Of a stretch of 26,652 nucleotides of DNA, positions 14,801-24,430 are shown piece by piece. Source of the DNA: Bacillota bacterium. Its GTDB lineage: Bacteria; Bacillota; Clostridia; Christensenellales; Pumilibacteraceae. The notes beneath the pieces were generated by a model. That model searched no databases, was not told the DNA's origin, and saw only the letters and a list, made by a program, of their open reading frames with translations. The position numbers and the translations under genes are program-made. Within the stretch, counting starts at the first letter, position 1. Every line of letters starts with the position of its first letter. Location of the stretch: contig WQZE01000001.1 in assembly GCA_009780875.1 (NCBI GenBank), forward strand, positions 1 through 26,652, read 5' to 3'.

Positions 14801-17800
14801 GTGCAGAGTATAAAAACAAACACCATAGATAAAATTGGAAATTTGGGACAAGATGTGGAATCCTTGCTTGCCGAGATCAGACGCAAAAAACAAGTGTCTG
14901 CCGTTTTGGCGACCCCCAAAAAATACTTGATTGCAAGCACGCTTTCTAGCCTAGATGTGGTGGTGTATGTGTGCAATGACTATTTTGCGGCAGGGGTTGC
15001 CTTGGAGCAATTGAGTGCCATTTTGGGAGAGCAAGCGGTGGCGTATGTGCCACATCGTGACGATGTGTTGACGGCACACAAGGGGCAGAGCAGGGTCGCT
15101 GATTTTGACAGACTCAAAGCCTTTGACAAGATTGCCAAGGGAGCCACGCTTGTGGTGACCACGGTGGCAGCGTTGACACAAAGGTGCGTTGCAGGGGGCA
15201 AGTTTGTTGCAAAGACGCTGTGTGTCAAAACAGGGCAAGAACTCCCCAAAGATTTTTTGGCAAGGCTCATAGAGATGGGCTATCAAAAAAATGACCAGGT
15301 GGAGGAGCGTGGGCAGTTTAGTACCCGGGGAGATATTTTGGATATATGGTCACCCCATCTTGAACCCATTCGGATTGATTTGTTTGGGGATACCGTGGAG
15401 AGCATCAAGCATTTTGATAGTGAGACAAAAAGGTCCACCCGGTCACTAGACACGGTGTGCGTGATTCCGTGTAGCGAGTGGATGGGGAGTGAGAGGGTAG
15501 ACAAGTATCTTGCACAACTAGCCAAGTACAAAGAGTGCACGATGGCACAGCAATTGTGTGTGGATTTGGAGTGTGGCAGGATTGACACGGCGATGAGTAT
15601 TTTGTGGGGGCTTGACCAAGCAGGGGGCGACACACAGGATTTTGCAACGGTGCCGCAGTTTGTGGAGTATTTTTTACAAGGCAAAAAACTGACCGTCGTG
15701 TATGATGACTGCAAAAAATGCAGTGATGCCTTGGAAATTGCCGTGACAGAACACAACCAGAGAGCCAAACAAATGATTTTGGCAAACAACCTTGTGCCGA
15801 CATTGGTTGCTTTGGTGGAGACTCCCTTTGCGTTTGGAGACCACCAACTTGCCTATCATCAGGTTTTGTCGCAAAATCGCATTTTTGAACCCAAGGCACT
15901 CCACAACTTTGGACAAACGAGTGTGCAAAATTACAGTCACGATTATAGGGTGCTTTTGGAGGATTTGTTGCAATGGCAAAACAGCGAGTACCAGGTTTTG
16001 GTATGTTTGGATGAGGCACAAAAACGGGCGGACTTTTCCAAGTGGGTGACGGACAACGGTCTCAAAAATTTTGCAGGGTTGCAAGTGGTGGATGCGGGGC
16101 TACACTATGGAGACCACTTTTTTGGTGCTAAAAAAATTATCCTGGGCAAATTTGATTTGTACAAAAAAGCCTTTGCAAAAAAAATCAAGAGAGCCAAGCA
16201 ATCCGTTTTTACACAGCCGGATTTGGGTGATTTTGTGGTGCACCATATTCACGGCGTGGGCGTGTATGAGGGCGTGCAAAAGCAAGAGTTTGTGGAGGGT
16301 GCTGCAAGAGACTATGTGGTTATCAGGTACCGTGACAATGATTTGTTGTATGTGCCCGTGGAGAATATGGACACGCTTGCCAGGTTTGTGTCCAAAGAAG
16401 AGCCGCATCTTCATCGCTTGGGGGGACAAGAATTTGCCAAGGTCAAGGATAGGGTGCGGGCAAGCGTGAAAAGACTTGCCTTTGACTTGGTCGCCTTGTA
16501 TGCAAACAGACAAAAGGCAAGTGGGCACAAATATGAGAGCGACCAACCCTTGTACCAAGAGTTTGAGAATCAATTTGAATTTGAACCCACGCCCGACCAA
16601 AAAAGTGCTACCCAAGATGCTTTGCAAGACTTGCGTCAAGGCAAAGTGATGGACAGACTTTTGTGTGGAGATGTGGGATACGGCAAGACCGAAGTGGCTA
16701 TGCGGGCAGCGTTTAGGGTGCTTTTGGAAGGTCATCAGGTGGCGTTTGTTTCGCCTACTACCATTCTTGCCAAACAGCATTATTTGACGGTCAAAAAAAG
16801 AATGGAGCGATTTGGTGTGCGAGTGGCATCCATGTCTCGGCTTGATGGAGCCAAGCAAATTGCAAACACGGTGCAACAAGTGGGGCAAGGAGCGATTGAT
16901 ATTGTGGTGGGTACGCACAGGGCACTCAGCAAGGATTTGGTGTTCAAAAATTTGGGATTATTGGTGCTTGATGAGGAGCAACGGTTTGGCGTGGGGGACA
17001 AAGAAAAAATCAAACAACTCAAAAACACGGTGGGCGTGCTGTCTATGAGTGCTACGCCCATCCCACGGACTTTGCATATGTCTCTGTCGGGGATACGAGA
17101 CATTAGTATCATTGACACACCACCCACCAACCGCATTCCTGTTCAGACCTATGTTGCCGAGTACACAGAGAGCCTTGTGGTGGATGCCATAGGGCGTGAA
17201 CTTGGCAGAGGTGGATCGGTGTTTATTGTGTACAACCGAGTGGAGCATATGGAGCCATTTGCGTGCGGTATCCAAAACCTTGTGCCCTCCGCCAAAGTGA
17301 TTTTTGCACACGGACAAATGGACAAACAAAAACTAGAAGATGCCATTTTGTCTTTTGGTGAGGGCAGGCACAATGTCTTGGTTGCTAGCACCATCATAGA
17401 AAACGGGATAGATATGCCCAATGCCAACACCATTATTGTGGTGGGTGCCGAGAGATTGGGACTTGCACAAATGTATCAATTGCGTGGGCGAGTGGGCAGG
17501 AGTGATAGGCAGGCGTATGCATATTTTACTTTTGATGATGGCAAAACTTTGTCGGAGACCGCTAGCAAAAGATTGAGAGCCATCAGTGAGTTTACCGACC
17601 TTGGGGCTGGGTACAAGTTGGCTATGCGTGACCTTGAAATCCGAGGAGCGGGCAATGTGCTTGGGAGAGAGCAACACGGACATATGGACAAGGTTGGCTA
17701 TGACTTGTATTGCCGTTTGTTACAACAAGCCGTAGAAGAGCAAAGAGATGGTGTGGTCAAAAGCAGTGACCATTTTGAAATCAAGGTGAGCACGGATTTG

Positions 17801-18175
17801 TCGGCACACATACCGCACGGTTATCTTGCGGACGAACAAAGCAGACTCAATTTGTATAGCCGAGTGGCAAGGTTGCAATCACAAAAAGAGCGACAAGATT
17901 TGCTGAGTGAGATGCTGGATATCTATGGCACGCCCCCCAAACAAGCACAAAATCTGCTTTTGATTGGTTTGGCCAAAAACCTTGCACAAAAACAAAGTGC
18001 TGTCGGAGTCGTCATCAAAAAAAATGTCATTGGTATCAAGTTTGAAAAAATCAAAGACATACCCAAGTCCTTGCAAGGCGCCTTGCAAAAAGGGCAGTGC
18101 GTGTTGGACCCACAAACCGCTATGGTCAAGTGGGGCAGTGTAGGAGCAATGTTGGCGATGTTGTCGCCCGCATAA
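14801..18175 (+). CDS. mfd: Transcription-repair coupling factor
   Basis: RGDILDIW, CarD-like RID (GDFVVHHIHGVGVY), DRLLCGDVGYGKTEVA, DEEQRFGV, MSATPIPRTL, QLRGRVGR, RDLEIRGAGN, TRCF-like C-terminus. Confidence 0.97.
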   Translation: MQSIKTNTIDKIGNLGQDVESLLAEIRRKKQVSAVLATPKKYLIASTLSSLDVVVYVCNDYFAAGVALEQLSAILGEQAVAYVPHRDDVLTAHKGQSRVADFDRLKAFDKIAKGATLVVTTVAALTQRCVAGGKFVAKTLCVKTGQELPKDFLARLIEMGYQKNDQVEERGQFSTRGDILDIWSPHLEPIRIDLFGDTVESIKHFDSETKRSTRSLDTVCVIPCSEWMGSERVDKYLAQLAKYKECTMAQQLCVDLECGRIDTAMSILWGLDQAGGDTQDFATVPQFVEYFLQGKKLTVVYDDCKKCSDALEIAVTEHNQRAKQMILANNLVPTLVALVETPFAFGDHQLAYHQVLSQNRIFEPKALHNFGQTSVQNYSHDYRVLLEDLLQWQNSEYQVLVCLDEAQKRADFSKWVTDNGLKNFAGLQVVDAGLHYGDHFFGAKKIILGKFDLYKKAFAKKIKRAKQSVFTQPDLGDFVVHHIHGVGVYEGVQKQEFVEGAARDYVVIRYRDNDLLYVPVENMDTLARFVSKEEPHLHRLGGQEFAKVKDRVRASVKRLAFDLVALYANRQKASGHKYESDQPLYQEFENQFEFEPTPDQKSATQDALQDLRQGKVMDRLLCGDVGYGKTEVAMRAAFRVLLEGHQVAFVSPTTILAKQHYLTVKKRMERFGVRVASMSRLDGAKQIANTVQQVGQGAIDIVVGTHRALSKDLVFKNLGLLVLDEEQRFGVGDKEKIKQLKNTVGVLSMSATPIPRTLHMSLSGIRDISIIDTPPTNRIPVQTYVAEYTESLVVDAIGRELGRGGSVFIVYNRVEHMEPFACGIQNLVPSAKVIFAHGQMDKQKLEDAILSFGEGRHNVLVASTIIENGIDMPNANTIIVVGAERLGLAQMYQLRGRVGRSDRQAYAYFTFDDGKTLSETASKRLRAISEFTDLGAGYKLAMRDLEIRGAGNVLGREQHGHMDKVGYDLYCRLLQQAVEEQRDGVVKSSDHFEIKVSTDLSAHIPHGYLADEQSRLNLYSRVARLQSQKERQDLLSEMLDIYGTPPKQAQNLLLIGLAKNLAQKQSAVGVVIKKNVIGIKFEKIKDIPKSLQGALQKGQCVLDPQTAMVKWGSVGAMLAMLSPA

Positions 18176-18206
18176 TCTTTCAAAAAACCAAGTTTCACAA
18201 AAACGC

Positions 18207-18235
18207 TTTACAAAAATTGGAAATTTTGGTATAAT
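18207..18235 (+). promoter_or_regulatory. Sigma-A promoter of the PrsA-like lipoprotein gene
   Basis: TTTACA-17 bp-TATAAT with a TG extension. Confidence 0.8.
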
Positions 18236-18244
18236 AAAGAGTAA

Positions 18245-18259
18245 CAAACAATTTGTTTG
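18245..18259. promoter_or_regulatory. Operator-like 7-1-7 palindrome just downstream of the predicted transcription start
   Basis: CAAACAA-T-TTGTTTG. Confidence 0.45.
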
Positions 18260-18335
18260 GAGATTGTGCCATTTGTCTTGTATGCAATGCTTTGCAGTTG
18301 GCAAAAATAGGTAGAGTAGACTTGGCTGAGGTTTT

Positions 18336-20312
18336 ATGAAAAAAAGTGTGAGTGACAAAAAAACAAAGTTTTGGAGAGTGGCAACCATTGCTTTTGCAAT
18401 GTTTTTTGCAGTGGCTTTTTTTGCTGGATGCAATTTGGTGCAAAAAGATGCGTTGAGAGATGACTCCTTGATTGTGGCAACCGTGCAAATTGGAGAGCAA
18501 AAGCAACAAGATGGTGGGGACAAAGTTTTTGCCAAGCAGACTTTTCATATCTACAAGCAAGACCTCAAAAATCAATTGAGCAGTCAAGCACAAAGTGGGA
18601 CAACCATTGATGAGGCGGCTGCCAATGCTGCCATAGATGTTTTGGTACAAGGAGAGTTGGTGCAACTTGACTTTGCAAAACAATTGTATTTTGGCGACCT
18701 TGTGCTTGCACCCAGCATTGATATGACGCCCAATGATTTGGAGGATGACCATTTTGAGACCGATTATCGGGTTTTCAATGCCATTCTCAAAGCGACCTAT
18801 ACCAACATAGACAAACGCTTGTTTGAGATTGCCAATGAGATTTTGGCGGAGAGAGGGCAACCCGCCATTGGCAAACCGGATTCGGGCAGCAATAGGCCCG
18901 AGTTTCCTGTTGCACCCAATGAGGATGTGCCTTTGAGACCCACCGACCCTGGCTATGTGCCAGAGGCATTGTATGTGCCCGATGTTTTTCCTGGCAATAG
19001 TGGGGACGGCACGGATGCTAGCAACGATGGCAACAATTATGCATCGCTTCAAAGAGAGGCGTTTAGACGCTATATCAAAGAACTCACGACGGGCATACCT
19101 GATATTTTTAGGGCGAGCAAAGATATCCAAAAGGGCTATCAAAAACAAATGGAGGATATCACCGCTATCCTCAAAGGTGCGGACCAAAAAGAGGCGTATA
19201 GACAAGGGTATCTCAAACTGGGCAATGACCTCGTTGATTTTATCCAAAAGGGTGGCAACTATCTTGAAAAAGGTGAGCAAAGCATTTTGTGGTACAGTGT
19301 TGCTAGGAGTTCTTATAGGGCACAGTTGCTCAGTTTGTTTAGAGACCGCATTGAGTGGAGTGCAAGGGACAACATTAGCAACGAACGCATAAACAAGTAT
19401 TACAATGATACGCTAGACAACCAAAAAAGACAATTTGCCGATGATGCAGATGGCGGTGCTTTTGCAACGGCTGCCGATGGTACGGGCTTGTTGTTGTACA
19501 ATCCTGGCAATCGTTTGTATTGGGTCAAACATGTCTTGGTGGAGTTTAGCGAGGCACAAAAGGCGGAACTTGCCAATATCAAGGCGATGGCTCAGTCACA
19601 AGAGGAATATGTGCGATTGCGTGCAAGCCTTGCTGGCGTGGACGAAAGCCGTGGAGTCTATGGCATCAATATCAAAACACACCCCATTGTGGACGGCAAT
19701 GAGGACGCAAGCATCCAATTGACGGCCGCCGATGTCTACAACGAAATCAAGCATAGAGTGGGCACAAGTGGTTTTGATGCACAGACGGGCAATGGTTATG
19801 ATAGTCACAGGACCTTTGACAGTATGATTTTCAAATACAATCGTGACAAGGGCTTTGCGGACAAAATCAAGGATGAGGGTAGAGGGTATCTTGTCAAACC
19901 CGCCAGCGTCCCCAACAATCCAGAAAAAGATGGATTGGATGGACAATGGATGGTTGAGTTTTCCAAAGCAGCAAGGGCTTTGCGGTACCAATACAATGGG
20001 GATGCACAATTGGGTGGGGACCCTATGCTTCAAAACAGATTGGGCACAATGGAACCTGCCTTGACAGATTATGGCTTGCACATTGTTTATTTGAGTGATG
20101 TGACCGTATCCAATAGAGTGTTGGGGCTGGGTGACTATACCACGGCATCCCATAGACGCAAAGTGTATGATGCCATCAAAGATACGCTTGCCAACCAAGA
20201 TGCCGGCAAGGCGTATGAAATCTGGCAGGCACAAGCCGTTGGGGACTACCTCAATCAAAACAGTGAGGCGGTCACACGGTTCCCAAAAAGATACAAAGAT
20301 TTGTGGCAATAA
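18336..20312 (+). CDS. Large lipoprotein with a C-terminal parvulin-type PPIase domain (PrsA-like foldase)
   Basis: Basic N-terminus, hydrophobic core and lipobox FFAG-C32. Parvulin-like motifs YWVKHVLV, FDSMIFKYNRDKG, WMVEFSKAARAL, LTDYGLHIV. Follows mfd, as prsA often does in Clostridia. Confidence 0.75.
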   Translation: MKKSVSDKKTKFWRVATIAFAMFFAVAFFAGCNLVQKDALRDDSLIVATVQIGEQKQQDGGDKVFAKQTFHIYKQDLKNQLSSQAQSGTTIDEAAANAAIDVLVQGELVQLDFAKQLYFGDLVLAPSIDMTPNDLEDDHFETDYRVFNAILKATYTNIDKRLFEIANEILAERGQPAIGKPDSGSNRPEFPVAPNEDVPLRPTDPGYVPEALYVPDVFPGNSGDGTDASNDGNNYASLQREAFRRYIKELTTGIPDIFRASKDIQKGYQKQMEDITAILKGADQKEAYRQGYLKLGNDLVDFIQKGGNYLEKGEQSILWYSVARSSYRAQLLSLFRDRIEWSARDNISNERINKYYNDTLDNQKRQFADDADGGAFATAADGTGLLLYNPGNRLYWVKHVLVEFSEAQKAELANIKAMAQSQEEYVRLRASLAGVDESRGVYGINIKTHPIVDGNEDASIQLTAADVYNEIKHRVGTSGFDAQTGNGYDSHRTFDSMIFKYNRDKGFADKIKDEGRGYLVKPASVPNNPEKDGLDGQWMVEFSKAARALRYQYNGDAQLGGDPMLQNRLGTMEPALTDYGLHIVYLSDVTVSNRVLGLGDYTTASHRRKVYDAIKDTLANQDAGKAYEIWQAQAVGDYLNQNSEAVTRFPKRYKDLWQ

Positions 20313-20334
20313 AGAGAAAAAGAGAGAAAATGAC

Positions 20335-20379
20335 AGGGATGGATTGATAACACTGCGTTTGGTCAATCCTCCCTTTTTT
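20335..20379 (+). terminator. Intrinsic terminator
   Basis: AGGGA-T-GGATTGA / TCAATCC-TCCCT stem followed by a T run. Confidence 0.7.
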
Positions 20380-20389
20380 GTGTAAAATT

Positions 20390-21307
20390 ATGATTGCAAA
20401 ACTATTACCCAAAACCAAAAAAATCTTGTCGTATCCGACCATCTTTTTGGCGAGTATCACCAATGCCTTGGGGATGCATATTTTTATCATACCCAATCAC
20501 TTTGCGGCGGGGGGCGTGGGTGGTATCTCCAATATGATACAGCACGCCACGGGCATTAGCAGTGGTGTTTTTATGTTGGCAATCAATGTACCGTTGATTG
20601 TGATTGCTTTTATTTTTTTGGGACACGAACTTGCTATCAAGTCCACGCTGTCCATTTTGACAGCATCGGGAGCCTTGTTTTTGATGGATTATTTTGGCTT
20701 GCCGGGATATGATGTCAAGGTGCAAGCGGACAGTCAATATATGCTGGCGGCCGTAGGTGCGGGGGTTGTGTGCGGTGCGTCGGTGGCAACCATTTTCAAA
20801 ATGCAGGGCACGACGGGCGGCACGGATTTTGTGGCGGCTTTGATACACAAAAAGAGCCCCAATCTCAATATCATTTGGTATATCTTTGCAATGGATATGG
20901 TGGTGGCATTGGTGTCTATTTTTGTGTTCAAGGGAGCCAATGGCAAACCCAATATCACACCTGCCTTGCTCTCTCTTGTGTTGATGTTTGTCAACGGGCG
21001 GACTTGTGATAGGATTATGGCGGGATTCAAGGCCGCCATCAAGTTTGAGATTATCACCAGTCAGCACGAGGAGGTCAAGCAAGCATTGTTTGACGGAGTA
21101 GGGCGTGGTGTGACTCGGATACCTGCCTATGGTATGTACAACAAGAGCGAGTTGAGTATTTTGGTGTGCGTCGTACGCCGCAGTGAGATACCCAAAGTGC
21201 AAGAGATTTTGAGACAGTTTCCCGGGACTTTTAGCATCATTACCAAAACCTCCGATGTGTTGGGTCAGCGGTTTAGCAGCGTTCACAAAGGCAAAAGTGG
21301 TCTATAA
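20390..21307 (+). CDS. YitT-family membrane protein (DUF161 repeats plus DUF2179)
   Basis: FAAGGVGGIS, INVPLIV, GTTGGTDFVA, C-terminal GVGRGVT...GMY...LVCVVRRSEIPKV. Confidence 0.92.
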   Translation: MIAKLLPKTKKILSYPTIFLASITNALGMHIFIIPNHFAAGGVGGISNMIQHATGISSGVFMLAINVPLIVIAFIFLGHELAIKSTLSILTASGALFLMDYFGLPGYDVKVQADSQYMLAAVGAGVVCGASVATIFKMQGTTGGTDFVAALIHKKSPNLNIIWYIFAMDMVVALVSIFVFKGANGKPNITPALLSLVLMFVNGRTCDRIMAGFKAAIKFEIITSQHEEVKQALFDGVGRGVTRIPAYGMYNKSELSILVCVVRRSEIPKVQEILRQFPGTFSIITKTSDVLGQRFSSVHKGKSGL

Positions 21308-21317
21308 AATTGTGGAC

Positions 21318-21350
21318 AAAAAACTGCTGCCACTGGGCAAGCAGTTTTTT
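21318..21350. terminator. Bidirectional intrinsic terminator
   Basis: AAAAAACTGCT...AGCAGTTTTTT between convergent genes. Confidence 0.85.
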
Positions 21351-21397
21351 TGCAAAAAATTGTGTGTGTGCATATGCACAAATGTGCAAGTGGGGGA

Positions 21398-21709
21398 TTA
21401 GTGTTTGATATAGGTCATACACATAGCCGCCTTGTCACTGGTGGAACTCATCACGGTGATTCCATTGGCAATGCATTTGGTTGATTTGTTGAAAATGCAG
21501 TCGTGTGCCGTGCATTCTACGGCGGTGTCCACGCTATAATTGGCTGGCACAAAATCCTCACCACCCTCAAACATTTGTCTTCGCTTGTCTTCGTTTGGTT
21601 TGTATGTCGTGCAGTCCGTGCTGTTGTCAACGCCTATTTTTTTGGATACGCAACAGTACCCTTTGTTGAATTGGCAGTCTCTTAGTCCACATTTTAGGTC
21701 TTTCATCAA
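21398..21709 (-). CDS. Tandem DUF1540 Cys-rich small protein
   Basis: GAGGA RBS. Two copies of the C-x4-C-x-(F)N-x3/4-C pattern (LKCGLRDCQFNKGYCC; VECTAHDCIFNKSTKC), each followed by a C.TY motif. Confidence 0.85.
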   Translation of the reverse strand: MMKDLKCGLRDCQFNKGYCCVSKKIGVDNSTDCTTYKPNEDKRRQMFEGGEDFVPANYSVDTAVECTAHDCIFNKSTKCIANGITVMSSTSDKAAMCMTYIKH

Positions 21710-21870
21710 AGTTCCTCAAAAATTTATTTGCGGGCAAAGTGAGTGCATAATACCAACTTTGCCGCATAGTACTAGTATTGACAAGTTTGAAAATAATTAT
21801 TACCCCCCCTTGGTGCAATTTTTTGTGGGGGGAGCGTGTTGAAATTTCCCAAATTTTTACAAAATACTGA

Positions 21871-21899
21871 TTGACAAGTTTTGCAATTTAAGGTATAAT
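21871..21899 (+). promoter_or_regulatory. Perfect consensus sigma-A promoter
   Basis: TTGACA-17 bp-TATAAT. Confidence 0.9.
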
Positions 21900-21967
21900 A
21901 ATAATACCTATATTTTGCAATCTCATTTTGCAAATGTTGGAGATAGGACATTCAAGAGTGTGACAAA

Positions 21968-22249
21968 ATGAAAAAAACAAAAAATAACAATCTTTGCCCT
22001 GATTGCGGTGCGGCATTGCAAGAGGGGATGTGCCTTTCTTGTGACCCTGCGGGGGTGTTTAGCATGCCCAAAAGTCAAGTCAAGGTGGTGGGCAAGAGTG
22101 GACAAAAATCCGAACCTCAAAAAGTCCGCAACCTTTTGGGTGGACTTGTGGGGCAATTGTTTGGATTGGAAGACGCATCCGATGACGATGATTTGGATGA
22201 TGATAGACAAACGGTCGCCAAAGAGATAGAGTTTGAGCAATTGGACTGA
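21968..22249 (+). CDS. Small hypothetical protein with an N-terminal zinc-ribbon-like motif and acidic tail
   Basis: CPDC...CLSC. GGAG RBS-like sequence upstream. First ORF after the consensus promoter. Confidence 0.65.
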   Translation: MKKTKNNNLCPDCGAALQEGMCLSCDPAGVFSMPKSQVKVVGKSGQKSEPQKVRNLLGGLVGQLFGLEDASDDDDLDDDRQTVAKEIEFEQLD

Positions 22250-22311
22250 GAACGATGGACGCCAAACCAAACCAAAAAATCAGGGACGCAAGTCAAAGAG
22301 TTGGGAAAACT

Positions 22312-23124
22312 ATGAAAAAAATAGCATATTTAGCACCGTACAATAGTACGACGGCAGAGGTTGCCGATACGCTGGGCAAAAGAGGGTATGGGGTACTGGA
22401 ATGTATCACCGCCCACGAAATCATTGCAAGCATTGATGCGGATACCTATGGCGTGATTCCACTTGAAAATTGTGTGGATGCCTCCGCAAGTGAGAGTTTG
22501 GATGCTTTGTTGGCGACCGACAAAGCGGTTTATATTAGCAAAAAACATTTGCAACGGGCGGACTACCGTATTTTTGTTATCAATGGCGTCAAGTACAGTG
22601 ATATCAAAAAAATCAAGGCACCTGCCTATGTGTACGAGATGTGTAGGCAAAACCTTCACGATATTATGCCACAAGCAAGCATTGAGTTTGTGTCCAGCAC
22701 GGATAGAGCGATTGAGGAGTTGAGCGCAACCACTTGTGCCATTGCGAGTGTCATCAACAAAGCCAAGCATTTGTCAATGGGGAGCACAAGTATCACCGAT
22801 GAGGGCTCGCCTAGTACCAGTTTTGGATTTTTGACGATGGATACTACGGTGGCAAAAGATGCGCAGACAACCTTGCTTGCGGTCACTGTTGCCAACCACA
22901 AAGGGGCGATTGCGGGCGTTGCGGATGCTTTTGATAGGCACGATATCAAAATCCAAAGTTTCAAAACACATAGCGTGCGTGAGGAAAGCATTCAATTGAT
23001 TGTGGAGTTGCAAATCAATGCGAGAGCCAAAGATATGAAAGGTGCCATCGATGACATCAATGGCGAGGCGGATGCGGAGGCATTGGAGCACACAAGTAGG
23101 GTCAAACTCTTGGGTTGCTATTAG
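22312..23124 (+). CDS. Divergent prephenate dehydratase-like protein with ACT domain
   Basis: KKIAYLAP, YGVIPLEN, SSTDRA, C-terminal VKLLGCY and an ACT-like region (VANHKGAI) match the PheA layout, but several core motifs are altered. Confidence 0.75.
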   Translation: MKKIAYLAPYNSTTAEVADTLGKRGYGVLECITAHEIIASIDADTYGVIPLENCVDASASESLDALLATDKAVYISKKHLQRADYRIFVINGVKYSDIKKIKAPAYVYEMCRQNLHDIMPQASIEFVSSTDRAIEELSATTCAIASVINKAKHLSMGSTSITDEGSPSTSFGFLTMDTTVAKDAQTTLLAVTVANHKGAIAGVADAFDRHDIKIQSFKTHSVREESIQLIVELQINARAKDMKGAIDDINGEADAEALEHTSRVKLLGCY

Positions 23125-23149
23125 GAAAGGCGTGATTAGGAGGGGGCAT

Positions 23150-23980
23150 ATGTTTTGTAGACAATGTGGGCAATCCATAGACAAGGATTCTTTGTTTTGT
23201 GCAAAGTGCGGGACAAAGGTGGCAACACAAGACGCTACCAACACAGAGGTTGTAGAGCCGGGGCGGGGCGTGTCTAGCGACAAGCTAGCCAATCCTTTTG
23301 GGGCTGAGTACGGCAGGGCGAGTGGTGCGGCCTTGGGTGAGGGGATGACGCCTGTCGGGTTTTTTGTGTCCGCTCCCAAGGTGATTCCTGGCGTCAAGTT
23401 TGCAAGAGGGGTGGCGATTGCCATTGGAGCCTTTTTTTTGCTGATGCTTTTTGGATGGGCGACGACCGCACTTGCCTACAAAAACAGTGCGGCATTGCCT
23501 CCCAATTTTTTTGGCGGATTGGTGATGCCCACCCAAGAGTTTGAGGCGGTGGCGCTCATACAGACGCTTGGAGCGGCGATTTCTTTGTTGGTGTGCATTG
23601 TGGCGTGGCTCATTGTGGGTTTTTCTGCAAGGTTTTCGCAAAGAAAATTGCAAACGAGCCTTGATAAAAAACTTGCACACAAAACACAAGTCATTTTGTT
23701 TTGCGTGCTCATCGTTGCTTTGGTGCTTTGTGCTGTCGTGGCAGTTTTGAGTTTTGTGTTTGACAATCGGTTGTATGATGCACTCTTGCGAACCTATACC
23801 GAAGACGAGGTGGCAGGTGCCGATTTGATCAAACTACCCATCAGTGTCACTTGGATGGCTTTTAATTTGATACTGCAATATATTTGGGGTATTGTACTTG
23901 CGGGGATTGCCCTTGGGTACTCTTGCAAAAACTACAAGAGAGCGTGCCAGGAGATGGGCACAGAAACAGAAAAAAAGTGA
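23150..23980 (+). CDS. Zinc-ribbon domain membrane protein
   Basis: AGGAGG RBS. MFCRQCG...FCAKCG followed by four hydrophobic segments. Confidence 0.85.
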   Translation: MFCRQCGQSIDKDSLFCAKCGTKVATQDATNTEVVEPGRGVSSDKLANPFGAEYGRASGAALGEGMTPVGFFVSAPKVIPGVKFARGVAIAIGAFFLLMLFGWATTALAYKNSAALPPNFFGGLVMPTQEFEAVALIQTLGAAISLLVCIVAWLIVGFSARFSQRKLQTSLDKKLAHKTQVILFCVLIVALVLCAVVAVLSFVFDNRLYDALLRTYTEDEVAGADLIKLPISVTWMAFNLILQYIWGIVLAGIALGYSCKNYKRACQEMGTETEKK

Positions 23981-24023
23981 CGCAAAAAGGGAGCAAGAAT
24001 CTTTGCCCCCAAGGGTCAAGTGG

Positions 24024-24052
24024 TTGACAAAGTATGTATTTTTTGGTATAAT
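24024..24052 (+). promoter_or_regulatory. Perfect consensus sigma-A promoter with extended -10 (probably leaderless mRNA)
   Basis: TTGACA-17 bp-TATAAT with TG; ATG 6 nt downstream. Confidence 0.9.
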
Positions 24053-24058
24053 TATTGT

Positions 24059-24394
24059 ATGGAACAATCTTCAATTAGAGCCAAAATGGATGTGCTGAGT
24101 GAGGAGTCACAAAGCGTGCTCAAAACACTTTGTTCAAACTACCGTGGGGTTATGCGTGTCAAGGCGGAGTTTAGGTGCAGTATGCATTATGGATTGGACA
24201 AATTCAAAAAAGAAGTGTCCGCCAATATGCGTGAAATTAGGCGCGCAAAACTGGTGACCACTTGGCGTATCAACGAGGAAGAAACCGACGAAGATTTGGA
24301 AATGTGCTATTTTATGGTGCATTGCAATCTCAACCTTGATGTGGATGATATGGCTGAACTGTCGGTCAATTCACAAACTGTGTTTTTTGGCTAA
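24059..24394 (+). CDS. Hypothetical protein (111 aa)
   Basis: ATG at the predicted transcription start of the consensus promoter; fills the gap between neighbours. No family recognised. Confidence 0.7.
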   Translation: MEQSSIRAKMDVLSEESQSVLKTLCSNYRGVMRVKAEFRCSMHYGLDKFKKEVSANMREIRRAKLVTTWRINEEETDEDLEMCYFMVHCNLNLDVDDMAELSVNSQTVFFG

Positions 24395-24430
24395 GTTTGT
24401 GATGGGGTGCTTATTTTCTAAACAAAGAAT

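Noticed and set aside
18195-19280. 361-aa minus-strand ORF, and similar long antisense ORFs at 9465-10250, 10034-10933, 16100-16918, 19596-20366 and 20405-21286
   Set aside because: All lie opposite well-supported genes and show no family motifs.
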